A stretch of DNA of 55,580 bases, the filler included, from Sphacelaria rigidula (lineage: Eukaryota): assembly GCA_964200075.2 (NCBI GenBank). It is 6 parts of 6 records of this genome, joined end to end, with 100 filler letters (N's around TTAATTAATTAA, not from the genome) between each part and the next. Parts side by side here need not be neighbours in the genome. Positions count along the whole stretch, not along the records: positions 1 to 9,181 come from CAXNAA020009107.1; positions 9,282 to 18,462 come from CAXNAA020009108.1; 4 more parts are not named here. The stretch is one strand, 5' to 3'. Positions 1 through 11,529 of the stretch are shown here, piece by piece. Every line of letters starts with the position of its first letter. The first letter of the stretch is position 1. The position numbers were made by a program, and so were the translations under genes. A model generated the notes under the pieces. The model was not told where the DNA came from and did not search any database. It saw nothing but the letters and a program-made list of their open reading frames with translations.

Positions 1-130
1 GGGAGCGGTTGATTCTCATTTCAAAATACGTTCTCATTTTTCTGGCAACCCTGTTACACGTCCAGTGACGATATGGATTCTGTCTCGCTTCCGATTAACA
101 TTAACAAGGACCAGTTTCTTCCCGTATTAC

Positions 131-289
131 CTGAAGGGCGGCCTCCTCTCCTCCATGCAAGCAAAGAGATCTTCAGGGAACAGATCTGGCACGGAGTACT
201 CGCGCGTCATCTTCCGCCCCTGCGTATCATTCGCGAAGTTGGTGTCGAACACATACAGGGGGCTATCATCCTTCTGCACCTTCGTATAC
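131..289 (-). CDS. JMJD6: JMJD6/PSR-like JmjC oxygenase, internal exon (third visible): (R)YTKVQKDDSPLYVFDTNFANDTQGRKMTREYSVPDLFPEDLFACMEERRPPF(R)
   Basis: Peptide matches the JMJD6 segment DDSPLYIFD...Y.VP..F..DLF......RRPPYRW. Pyrimidine tract then AAAG|G acceptor at 291-290; AG|GTAAT donor at 130-129. Phase matches the exon at 6082-6224. The catalytic HxD..H exons lie beyond the window start. Confidence 0.88.
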
Positions 290-1254
290 CTTTTACACAG
301 GAGACGCACGAGCAAAAGGTGTGAAGGGAAGAAAACGGGGAGGAACGAAAAAATGAAAACGATCAAATGAGTTTAAAGTTGACTTGGATATGGCTCACAC
401 TTGGAAGAGGTGTGAAGGCGTTTCTTCGTGTGGCTCAGTCCGCCAGAACATGCAGGTGAGACATCGAATCACCGAGATTCGCACCTTCGACTTCAGGATC
501 GCTGGATGGACGTCAACTTGACAAGAGGTTTGAGGACGGGCTTGCAGTTGTTGTGTCGTTTAGAGATCTCATTATTGTTCTTCTGTACAAGGGTCTGACG
601 TGTGGCTGATGTAACATTGGTCGCAAGCCTCAAGATTGAAGCCGCCGCTCATATTATAGAACAGAGAAGCATGGGGAAACAGCTCAGTACTCAACGTGAT
701 GGAACTTGTCCACGCAAGTACGTCATCTCCTCGCACAATCTCTGCCGTCACTTTACCAACCTCTCACCCACGAGGCGGCGATTTGGACCCACTTATATTT
801 TACCACTCATGAACCTACCCGTAAGCCCTGTATGAGGGGATCGAGACGGAATAATCTCTAGTATCGTTCCCCTCGGTGACTCCTACTGCCCAAGTACTCC
901 GTGCCACAGTCGTGCGGAGACTAGGTGGCTCCTACTGTCACCACGCCACGCGCACGTCACACTGTGAATACCACCGGTGACACAGTCGATCCTCGCCCCC
1001 GGCCGTGGCCCCAAGCCGCCGAGACCGCGTTGAGGCAGCAGGAGGCAGTGACCCCTGGACGGGTACAGCACTCGGCGCGTGCAAAGACGACGTAAACCTC
1101 ACGATTAAACTGATCCGCGCCACAACAGAGCGGGAATGGGTGACACCTACTGCCACACGACTCCGCATCATGCGGTGGTTACCATCTCGTGAAATTGCTG
1201 TTCCATGGTAATGATCTCGGAAAACGTGCTGCCCTTGCCGGCTGGGGCGGCTAG

Positions 1255-1450
1255 TCTAATGCGTCGTAGGACCACGTGCGTTTTAGACCGCATCGGGATT
1301 TGAACAACCTAGACTCGACGGTTTCCGAGACCACTCGCACAAAAGTCCCTGCAGGCACCGCGCCGCTGACCCTAATCCAAACCCTGACCCTCACCATATG
1401 GGTGTTGAAACTCCGATGCGGTCCAAAAAGCACGCGATCATCTCACACAG
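1255..1450. mobile_element. MITE of a family carrying telomere-like repeats, copy 1
   Basis: Inverted ends GGACCACGTGCG..GACCGCATCGG / CCGATGCGGTCC..AGCACGCGATC; internal CCCTAA/CCCTGA-like units; homologous to 2984-3204 and 8968-9090. Confidence 0.6.
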
Positions 1451-1451
1451 T

Positions 1452-1806
1452 GTGTTGTCGCCCCCTCTATTCTGGGCGCCGGTCTGCACCTTTCGGTATA
1501 TGTGGGCGCAACAGCCGGGGTCACACAGGAGGAAGGTCAATACAGGAGTTTTTTTCCTTTTGTTTGTTTTTAGTACCCCACCTTCCTTCTGCGGTGCTTG
1601 CCTTTATTTATTTTTTTCGAGAGGGGATAAGCAGTCCCTTTCCCTCGTCGACCGTCGAGTCGAATTTTGTGTACCCATGACAGAATCGCTCTCCACTGTT
1701 GGGAATTGTGTGAGAAAAAAACGCAAATCGCTCCGAGAATTGAACCCACGACCCGCAACCGTCACAAGGTCTTGAGGTTACCAACTGAGCCACCGGGGCG
1801 ACCGGC
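1452..1806 (-). mobile_element. tRNA-derived SINE
   Basis: On the minus strand an A box TGGCTCAGTTGG (plus 1781-1792) and a B box GGTTCAATTCTC (plus 1735-1746) are followed by about 280 nt of non-tRNA body. No complete cloverleaf. Confidence 0.7.
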
Positions 1807-2983
1807 TTTTACAGTGCACTAGTGTGAATCATTGCCAACTCCGAAAGCATTGTGACAGGAGCCCGAGTAGAAGACGGCAGCATACGTGTGAGCTTAAAGC
1901 TTGACTTGGTGGAGGTCGCCGTGTGCATGACCCGCTGATCCCCGTGCAGAATGAGCAAGGCAGGAATCGGGGTAGGCGGAGAGAGCTTGGAGACATAGAG
2001 TAGCCTACGAGTGGTGGGTCAGACACCGAGTGGTGGGTCAGACACCAAGCGAAAAGAGGCACAGAGAGAAGCGAGAAGTAAAGGGTAGTGGGGCCAGCTC
2101 AGCGGGCAGCTGAGTACCGGCTCACCTATAATTGTTTGAATGCTGAAGCGGTGTATCGATCCAAAGAGCTGGCGGTCGCTACCTGAAATGCACGCGCCGT
2201 GACTGAGAGGAGAACCAGCAGTGCAGGTCACACGGAGGTCCTGTTGTTCTTCGTTGCCTTCAAATGCGGCTGTGATTTCATCTCCCTACAAGAGATCCGT
2301 TGCGATCGAAGAACAACCTTCCATGCGCCAAGCGCACGGTATATTATCCATAGAAGTGGTTACTGTCTGTAATGAGGACATAGGTAAACCGGGAACGCTG
2401 GGAGTTGGCCTTGCCATTAGGATTGTGTCGACAGTACGCTAGACCCAGAAGGCGAAGTCTCCGAGCACGTCAGGGCGAGCATGCTGAAGGTGCGAGTAGG
2501 TTTTGGACGAAGTCGCCACCACTTTCAAAGTGTGGTACGGCCCCACTGTAACAGCGGCCATCCCCGACACGACCAAGTTCTGCAAGATACTTAGTATCTT
2601 CGTTGCCAAAGTGCCCACCAACTATCACCTGATAATTACGATATATTCATACGCTCGTACCGGAAGGATAGACTGAGGAGACCTGGAAACGATCGGGTTT
2701 CCGGAGTATGGCAGAGACGCCCTCATGACAACGGCTCGCGACTGCTGACGTGTGCTGCGGAACAATCAATGGTTATACCATCAACACGTGTTTAGCAGCC
2801 ACGTTGAGTGGAAAGCTCAGTCGCGTACACACATGAGAGACCGAAGAACACCGTTGGGGGAATAGGTTGCATCCTGTTACGTCAACAAGACCGAAGACCT
2901 GTCCGAAACGTCCCTGCGCAACCCAAGATAAGAACGGACTATCGACTAGGCCCAATTTGCATCTATTTACTCGGACGGAGCGC

Positions 2984-3204
2984 ACTGTAATGCGTAGAAG
3001 GACCACATGATTGGGGGACCGCATCGAAATTTGGACATTCCTGTGGTTGGGGTTGGGGTTAGGGTTACGGTTGAGGATAGGATCAAGGGTGTGTTCCCTG
3101 CAAGGACTGGTCAATATGTTTTGACAACCCATCTACCCTGAGGTGTTTTGAACTATGATGCGGCCCCGTAAGCACGCGGACCTCCCACGCATTACACGCA
3201 CCTG
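2984..3204. mobile_element. MITE of the telomere-repeat-bearing family, copy 2
   Basis: TIR-like TGTAATGCGTAGAAGGACC..GACCGCATC / GATGCGGCCC..GGACCTCCCACGCATTACA; internal GGTTGG-GGTTGG-GGTTAG-GGTTAC. Confidence 0.65.
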
Positions 3205-3269
3205 ACCCCCGGTCGAAACCGGGGTACGGGAACAGCGGTGTGCGTCTAGAGTCATCTTACTATAGGGGA

Positions 3270-3333
3270 TGTACTCATGATCATGCAGGCCATAGTGATG
3301 AGACCATTGACCTCGCATCCCTACAAAGCCGGG
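3270..3333 (+). repeat. Module B of the modular repeat family, cut off by the adjacent G-run MITE
   Basis: TGTACTCATGATC..GACCATTGACCTCGCATCCCTACAAAGCCGG is shared with copies at 22260-22667, 24582, 27286, 27709 and 53680. Confidence 0.65.
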
Positions 3334-3557
3334 GGGGGGGGTATTTGATTACACGAAGAAAGGGGCTTACAAGTGGGCAGAAGACCTGCCACACTCGTGG
3401 TGCGCTTGTATTTGGTTCGAGAGGGTGTCAATCGGAATGAATGAGCGTTACTTACCTATGATAAGCTTGATCGAACAACCGTTGCCGCCTTCGAAGGCGA
3501 TTTGACTTACAATTTCGTGCAAGAGGTGGCTCAAAATACCCCCCCCCCCCTTTATCG
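3331..3557. mobile_element. MITE with G-run terminal inverted repeats
   Basis: G-run plus TATTTGA on the left; TCAAAATA, C-run, TTTATCG|TA on the right. Homologous ends at 18326-18462 and 40080-40161. Confidence 0.6.
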
Positions 3558-3559
3558 TA

Positions 3560-5830
3560 GGAAGACTCTTTGGTCCTCACATCCGGACGGCATTCGAGAT
3601 CGATTGTATCCCATGCCGTGGTCGCCAAGTTCTCGGATGCCACCGACTTCACCGCATTTTGTGGACGTCAAGAACACGATATGCACCTTCGCCAACGCCA
3701 TGCGACAGATGGCCGCGGATACACTTCCTCGCTGCCCCAAGAACTCCACACCTAGAGTTTTCAGTGAGCCGTCGCACAGGCTCAGGAGCCCCTCCAAGAA
3801 GCGCATGATGGGGGGAAGTGTGCATGGGAGAACCTACGCGCCAGCCCCAACGATTCTGACATTGGAATTGCGCTGAAGGTGACAGAAAAGGCGTTCTAGT
3901 GGGCGAAGTAAGCTGAAAGGCAGCACTATAAACACGAGGTCGCCGCCAGGACGGCAAACTTGATCCGAAAGAAGAATCATGCAGGTCTGTCCCAACATAC
4001 CATGTCGCTGGAATTGGAATGGAAGAAAGAGTGTGGCTAAACCCACATCAGGAGCACCGCCGGCGAGTTGTTGCGGGACAAGCACGCTATCCTGCAGCGG
4101 TGGCAAGAGTGATTTGGAACCCGTCGGAATGTATTCTCGCCTGCGCTCGACCCTCGACTCCTCAGCCATCGATCTTATGGAACAAATGCCAGAGCACGCA
4201 ACGCTCGCGGCCGAGCCCTCGATGGGAGAAGTGAAGGAAGCAGTGGGCAGACTGGCGAACGGGAGGGCCGATGGAACGGACGACGTTTGTGGCAAACATT
4301 GAAGCTCGGCCTCACCGAGGACTCTGCCATACTGGAGTACTTCCACAAGTTCGTGTTCGAAGTGTGGCATCACGAAGCAGTTTATCAGGAACGAAAAGAC
4401 AACGTCGTCAACGTGCTGTTGAAGAAACAGGACGCGCACGAATGGGCCAGCTACCTCCCGCCGTGTTTCACTGGGGGCCCACGCGGGTAAGGTGGTTCTG
4501 AAGACCGTTGCGACGCGCTTCAGCGCATACTACGAGAAGAAGGAAATTCTCCCAGGGGCGCTTTGCGACTTCCGGCCCGGCCGGTCGACGGTTGACATGA
4601 TACACACTGTGCGCAGACTCCAAGAACTGGTCAAAGAGAAGAACCTTCCTCGATACGGAGAGACGAACCTTCGGAGAGCACATGACTCAGTCGACTGCTC
4701 TCTTTGTTGGAAGATGCAAGTACGATGCGGCATCCCCGCCAAGATTGTACTCATTTTTCGCCAGTTCCACGACAGCATATGGGTGTTCGTACACTTCGAT
4801 ATCGGCGGGATGTCGGAGTGGTTTGACGCTCACCAGGGCCCCCGCCAAGGCTGTGTAACTGCCCTCGGATTGTTCAGCATCTTCTTTGCGGCGATGCTGA
4901 TGGTGACATTTCATCACTTTTCGATGGACGAAGTGGTGGCGGATGACTTCATTCGCATCGCCTCAGAGGCGGGCGGACCAGGGTCGAACTTAGAAATTGC
5001 TTTCGGCAATGCTATGCGTCTACAACGCTGGCATCGTCTCGCGATCCACACTAAGCCGGGCCGAGGCGATCACGGCCATTGTCGAATTCTTTCCGGCGAT
5101 CGGTCTCGTCGTGGCGGAAACGAGTGCGGAAACCATGCACAAGTGCTTCCCAAACATGCGGGCGGATATGGTCGACGTGGAGGCGGCAGGTCAAGGGTAC
5201 AGGCAAGTTGAGTCTATTATCTGTCTAGGGGCAAGAATCAGCAGCATCGGCGGTGTCATTTCTGAGGTCAACAGCCGCATTGGCCAGACCTAGATCAACA
5301 CGTACGGCACACCGGTGTACCACAAACGTACATCGTCAAGGCTGCCAAGGGCCGTCCCCCGAAGGTAGAGGAGATGGAGGTCATGCTATACGGCTGCGTG
5401 ACCTGGGCGACCGCGCCAAACCAGCTCGGCACGTTGCGGTGTGCCCACCGCGGGTTCCTGCTCAGGTGCCACAACGAGCATACCTCGTCCCGCGGCACTC
5501 CCCACTACCTCATGCCAAATCGCGAGATTCTCAAAAACACTGGCTGCGAGTACATCGAGGCTCCGGCGATGATATGGGCCCTTTTCAAGCCAACATGTCG
5601 TGTGCATGCACGACGAATGCCTCCCCAACATCACCATGCGCGGAGAAGAGGTCGGAGGGGGATGGGGCGGCAGGCCGACCACCGAGACGCCTACAACACA
5701 GTATCACATCGGAAAACGGCGACATCGTGGACGCAGGGTGCTGAAGACGTTTTCGGATGATGCCAGATCGTAGAGGAAGGGGATGGTATGTTTCATGACA
5801 GTCTGGACCAAGACGTGCTGTACTAAGGAA
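3560..5830 (+). mobile_element. Decayed RTE-clade LINE (RT region), antisense inside the JMJD6-like intron
   Basis: Frameshifted peptides EPSMGEVKEAVGRLANGRADG, CDFRPGRSTVDMI..VRRLQE, AHDSVD, QGPRQGCV..LFSIFF, AGIVSRS, MLYGCVTW. Many stops and shifts; the YADD motif is degenerate. Confidence 0.9.
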
Positions 5831-6081
5831 TCATTTGCAGTAGTTTTATCACTATTATAGAGTTTTCTGATGTCTATTGGAGGTCTCCAAAACGTAACGG
5901 GTAGCCGGTAGCAGTACACTCCATAGTGTATCTGCCGCATTTCTTAGAACGCTTGTGTTTGCTCTGTTTGTACCCGGGGGTGTCGAGAATGTTTCGTGTG
6001 TAGGTTCAGTGTATATTGGCTTGATGTCAAGATTCCGAGAAGGGAGAAGCGTACAGCACTACACGGCACGGCATGATTCAC

Positions 6082-6224
6082 CTGATGAACTCAGCCAAGG
6101 TCAGGAGGAGCTTGTCGCTATGTTCATTGGATGCCGCTTTCACCTCCACATTCGCGTAGTCCTTCTCTAGCCCCTCCAACGTCCATCGCGTAGGAGCTGT
6201 CCAGTTCATGGTCTTCGGAATGTT
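6082..6224 (-). CDS. JMJD6: JMJD6-like gene, internal exon (second visible): NIPKTMNWTAPTRWTLEGLEKDYANVEVKAASNEHSDKLLLTLAEFI(R)
   Basis: Matches the JMJD6 W.A..KWTLERL...Y segment. AAACAG| acceptor at 6226-6225; AG|GTGAAT donor at 6081-6080. The 143-nt exon leaves AG, which joins G289 to give Arg in frame. Confidence 0.85.
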
Positions 6225-8445
6225 CTGTTTCGGCACCACATAACCCATAACATCATATCGAGAAACTGGAGCAAAGTACAGCGACAGAAGATACAAGTGG
6301 CATATTTCTGGTCACCTATGAAATCGTTTGGGCTCCAAGAGAGGGTCAATAGCAGCAATCATGTCATAGTAGTGATTGAGCGGTACAGATCGAACATACC
6401 TAAACAATCCAAGGCATTTACAGATACGATATATGCACATGTAATATACAGTACTAACCAGAAGCCAATCGTCCCCGCATCTAAGGCATACCAGGCATAC
6501 CAGTAAGGACGCAACTTGGAACTCAGAGCAACGGCGACCAGAGCGGATTGTTTCTAGGTATCCAAAGAGAGTGATCGCGGAAGGGTTGCGTCACCCGATA
6601 CAACCCTACCCGATACAGCCCTACGTCAAGAATTATATCCACACATAGTCATGGTACATGAGCGACAAGCCAACGGTAGGTAGAGAAAATTAAGACGTTG
6701 CTGGTCCATACATCCAACAGTTCGTTCGTGACGGTAAATACCCCGTTTATCGTGTCGTCCCTTTAGTCCAAGGAAAGTTCCGACAATACTGCCCGTTGTG
6801 CACATAACATAAAATATGCCGACAGGACAATTCAACCATGCAACAAATATCTCTCATCGGCCGTTGTCACCAATTCGGAATGTCAATCTGGATCTTTCCA
6901 AGGAATGTTCGTACCTCAACGGCCCAATCAAAGATACATATCCAAATGTTGCTTTTAATCCGGGTCGCGTATACCCAAGAAGTTACTTTATATCATAGAG
7001 GTCAGTCTCTTCCAATACTGTAACTCGGGAAAGGCGGAACGACTGTGATCTACGACGCCCTTCGAGCTCGTGAAACGTTTTTGTTTAAGCAACAAAGTGT
7101 GTTTCACCCAATCAATGAATACCTAAACTTCGTGTAAGATAGCCTTCGATCAACGAGATATTCATGACTACTGTAGCGGAACCGGTTTATCCGGCTTAAC
7201 CACCTTCTGTTCCTCCTAGACAATATTACATCACTCAGCTATCGAGTTCCTGACCGTGTCAGAAATTCGAATGCTGTTAGTAAAGAAGAGTAAACCTTTG
7301 AGCACCCCAATGTCGGGTACGGACACGATAAGGCAGGGACCGCAACATTCGGCATCTTTGAATGACCTTCCAACGCTTCAGTTCTCACAACTTAGTTCGC
7401 ATTACTGTACGAGTAGAAATACGAGATACAAATCGTATGCGACGCTGGTACACGATGCACTGTTCTAAAATGTGCTAGTTGACTGTACACGTTGACATAG
7501 GTTTCTCCGCAAGTACCCAACGGTATCACGAAGATCACCCGGTATATTTCTAGCAAGAGCGATGTGGGTACAGCAATTGGCGTGTTCGACGTGCGTTGCT
7601 GAGAGAAATACTCAACTTCGTTTCATCAAAGAGGACAAAACACATAACTTCAGTGGAATCATCCCAACCTATTGTCGTTCCGAAGCCTTATCGAGCGTTA
7701 TCCCGTGAACGCTAGGCTTTTGTATAGAATACGCACGTGTTCTTGTCTAGAATGCCGTTATCAAGCACGTCATGGTGTCCAAAGTTTCGTGCCCCAAGGT
7801 GGCAGCAAAATCCATCGTACCAGGGACCCCAACACGCCTGACGATCTGGGACGATATGATACCTCAGATGTAGTGTATCTTGTATAACGCTTCCGCTTCT
7901 GTTAAAATATGTCCGACATACAAGTTCTCAGCGGCAGCTTCGAGGGGTTGCCGGTAGACCAGGCCATCCACTCAGGCTTGGAATACCGTGATGCAACGGC
8001 AAAACCCTGGTGGGGTCCCATCGGGAAGTTCTCAGGATTATGGTCATTTGTCGGGCGGCGCGTTCTTTTGTTCGATTGCGTTCCCCACTTCTGTCAGTCA
8101 ACTCTGCTTGTTTTGTTTTGTTCTTTCCCCCTTTTCGTGATATTCCTCTAGTGCTTTCGTTCACCAACGTTTGGTACGTTTCTCTTGTGACCACGAGCAG
8201 CTACGGAGTGGAGTAGTGAAAGTACGAAAATCGATCAACCGCTCGTACATGGTTCATCCCTCGCTGAAAGCCATCCACGAGTGATGAATGCTCCGCCACT
8301 TTTGGAACCAACGCAAGACCTCTTGAAACTGCACGATATACAAGTGTATATCCCTCGAAGACCAACTCGAGTACTGAGCTGTCGGGTTCCAAACCTGATC
8401 ACCGGGAAGTTATAAACACATTCTACTATACGACAAATAATATAC

Positions 8446-8547
8446 CTCGATCATGATCGGCTGCGACCTACTCTCGTACATCTCCCGGAAGCCCTCCACA
8501 GTGAGATTGCGGGCGTCCACGCGAGGGATCTTGAACTCGCAGGGAAA
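8446..8547 (-). CDS. JMJD6: JMJD6-like gene, internal exon (first visible): FPCEFKIPRVDARNLTVEGFREMYESRSQPIMIE
   Basis: Not in the ORF track; translated by hand. Matches JMJD6 R.DA..LSVEEF.ERYE.P.KPV. Long pyrimidine tract, TTAGCAG acceptor, GAG|GTATAT donor; phase 0 into the next exon. Confidence 0.85.
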
Positions 8548-8967
8548 CTGCTAACGAAGATGGTAAAAAAAGTGCAAACCAGAACGACGCAAACAAAAAA
8601 AAAGTCGGTATGAACAACACAGGAGGGTACGAGTTTCAAGTACTACATGAACAGCCATTCGAATTACTAGAAGTTGCCCTCGATGGCTCATTATGGGTTT
8701 GCTACAAATGCATGTTGAAATAGCGGGGATAGGAAACAGGGAGCAACACGTTGCTCTGGAGCACGGCAATACAGTGGTTCAGGCGAGTCAGGGGACACCC
8801 GGATACGTCAGGTATCGTCACGTCGCAAGGGTACTGCCGTGTATGGCAACGTTGAAGCAATGAAAACAAATGCACAAGGAGTCGGGTTGCGCCTGGCACC
8901 ATGAGCTAAGAAGTATAAACTGCCAAGGATACCGAGAGCTATACCCCCCCCTCGACACTTGCTACGA

Positions 8968-9090
8968 CAGGTGTAATCCGTGAGAGGACCGCGTGCTTAG
9001 AGGACTGCATCGGAATTTGAAGATACCGATTGTTAGGGTTAAGGTTAGGGTTAGGGTAAGCAATGAGGTTGAGGTCAGGGGCGTGGTGTT
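8968..9090. mobile_element. Telomere-repeat-bearing MITE, copy 3 (one end only)
   Basis: CAGGTGTAATCCGTGAGAGGACCGCGTGCTTAGAGGACTGCATCGGAATTTG followed by TTAGGG TTAAGG TTAGGG TTAGGG (9033-9056). Confidence 0.6.
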
Positions 9091-9181
9091 GGTGTGAACA
9101 GCCTTTTCAGTGTAGTCTGCAGTACTGACAAACCACGGTACGAAGGTATCTGTCTTTACTCGACAGTGTCAGTTACATACG

Positions 9182-9281
9182 NNNNNNNNNNNNNNNNNNN
9201 NNNNNNNNNNNNNNNNNNNNNNNNNTTAATTAATTAANNNNNNNNNNNNNNNNNNNNNNNNNNNNNNNNNNNNNNNNNNNN
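9182..9281. other. Artificial contig linker N44-TTAATTAATTAA-N44
   Basis: Six-frame stop linker inside N runs; identical at five places. Confidence 0.97.
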
Positions 9282-11529
9282 GCCCCCACGGTCGCGAGCC
9301 ACAGCAATTCGCGTGAGTCTCTTGTTGTGCTGTATACTTCTACCCTCATCCACGATTTATATTGTATTCTGGCTCCGGGGCTGTGTGGTTTTCCCCTTTG
9401 ACAGCTGGGCTATTGTATTGAGAGATTGAAACGGCAGTTTGAGTTAAGCAAGTCGATCCAGGATCGCTTGCCAACACCTCACAAGGGTGTGGCTTGCTTG
9501 CGTTCGGCGTATACGGTTTTACTGCTTGCGGTATTACCTATACCGCCACATTGTGGGGCTTCAGAGGTAGCTTGTTTCATTCAATCTGTACGGTTTGTCT
9601 TTCTCGGTCGGCCGCTGTTTACTGTTTACACACAGCCAAACACCAGCTCACGGTTTTCTCTTGAAAACCTTGTATTTTCGGCCCTTGTTTTCACTTTATA
9701 CTTGTGTACACGATTTTGCGGTGTAATACACCAAGGTGATTAGACAGCTTCTTAGACAGCTGTTCTCTCTTTTACTCGGAGTTTGACAGACATCCCGACT
9801 CGAGTTAGCTGCAGGTCTGCGATGTGTCATACAGCCCCCACGTTGGTTTCAGGCAATGGCGACCGAACCATGAGGCGCTTCAGTTACGAGCGCACACGCA
9901 AGCCCTCTTTTGCACAAGCATATTCCCCGCAACATGCAGGTCATATCGACGGTACAAGCCAATCCACTGTAGCGGATGCGCTCTCTCTGGTAACGCTATA
10001 CACTGCACAGAGAACGCATAGCGTTTTCATGCACACTCGATCTGATGTGATGTGTCCTTTTTCACCCACAGGTGGTTCTCGGATAATAAAGCCGCTCACA
10101 CGTTCCTTGTTTGCATTCGCGCCTCACGAACCCGTAGCTTTTTCAACGCCCCGCGACCGCCCCTGCCCACAGTCCGTCGATCCTGTACCAACCGAATTGA
10201 CCGACATGTGTCCCAACACACGCCGATTCATGCTTGCAGATAAGGAGTACGCGGGCTATTTCAATCGCCGCCGCTGCGCAGACGATTCTTCTTTTCTCCA
10301 ACACGGAAAGTTGATCCACCACGCGCACCGAATTATATCGATGCGACATGATCAACTAGGACTGAGGATGTTGTATGCACACGAGCATGATTGAACGCGG
10401 CGAGGCGCGAGGCTCATTCTACTTTTACACAAGCTCTCGGCTCTGTGTTCTTTTCACTTTCACACGGCACCAGGGTACACTATAGTTTGATCAACGCCCC
10501 ACCAACACGCACTACAGTACATACTTGATCGTCCAGAAGGCCGCGTGCCTTTCGCGTTGAACTATTGTTCCGAATTGAAGTACTGACCACAGTACAGTAC
10601 CGTCCGAGTTCCAAATGGTCTCGGCGGGCAATATGTTGCGGACGGCGAGGTACCGTGGTGTAGCATACGTTAGTACTGCTACACTATCTGCACGAAATCA
10701 TCTATATTGCATTGTAGATATGAACACGGCGCGGATATAGCGGGTGTCGGGTGTTCTTCGTGTAATACGAACGAATTGACTTCGGTACAGCATCATTGAC
10801 CCGACCCTCCGCTACCCCACGCGAAGATCATATGTACTGTAGTGTGCCACTGTGCATTTTGCTGTCTGGTGCTTCGTACGTCGCTGTCTGTACTGCCCTA
10901 CACATTTGTAATACGGTTGTGCTTGTACATTTATTAACTGTCTACCTGCACGATGATACGTGATCGAGACCCCAACTTGGCTATTTTCAGTGAACTAGGC
11001 GGTGCTGTTATATGAGTATCGCCAGCTGCGCTGATATTGCCTCTGGAAATACGATACGGCATCCGACAGTTGTGTTTTTTTCTCTCAACCTCAACATGTT
11101 CTTACAACAGAACTGAGCGGTTTGACGTTGCGGTTCGCTGCGTCCCACGCGTATATCCCTTCATGGCATGCAGGTTTGTCCAATGCGCTGTTGCGCTGAT
11201 GACAGTCACTGTATGTCTGTTGATTGTGACACCTTTCGTTTTCTCCCTTGTCTCTTTGCTGCTACACTTTGTCTTCCAACACACAAACACATACGGTTTG
11301 TTGTGTGCCTTCGATATTTTTTCTCCCTTTCGTCTGCACCTGATTAAAACGGTGATAGACCACTACATGTGCGGAGTGGGCGGACCTACATGTCGATCGA
11401 AAACTTTCGACAGTACCCTGCCACTCTATTTCTTATATTTTTGTTCTCTCCGCCTCAGTCCTCAACAACTTTGCTGTCTCCCACGACGAAACGTCCACTT
11501 TTCAACCTCCGCATCTCTACGTTAACGAT

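Noticed and set aside
1735-1806. tRNA gene
   Set aside because: A and B boxes are present, but there is no convincing acceptor stem and the sequence continues into a SINE-like body.
6620-7900. Very old Gypsy RT/RNase H/integrase remnant in the second JMJD6-like intron
   Set aside because: Only faint peptide echoes (e.g. CSCLECRYQAR); a frameshift-aware HMM search is needed before calling it.
9226-9237. TTAATTAATTAA palindrome as a biological motif
   Set aside because: It is always centred in a 100-nt N block; it is an assembly linker.
9783-10394. 203-aa ORF (likewise 23725-24372 and 54599-55015)
   Set aside because: Non-ATG starts and no recognisable motifs; cannot be supported as genes.
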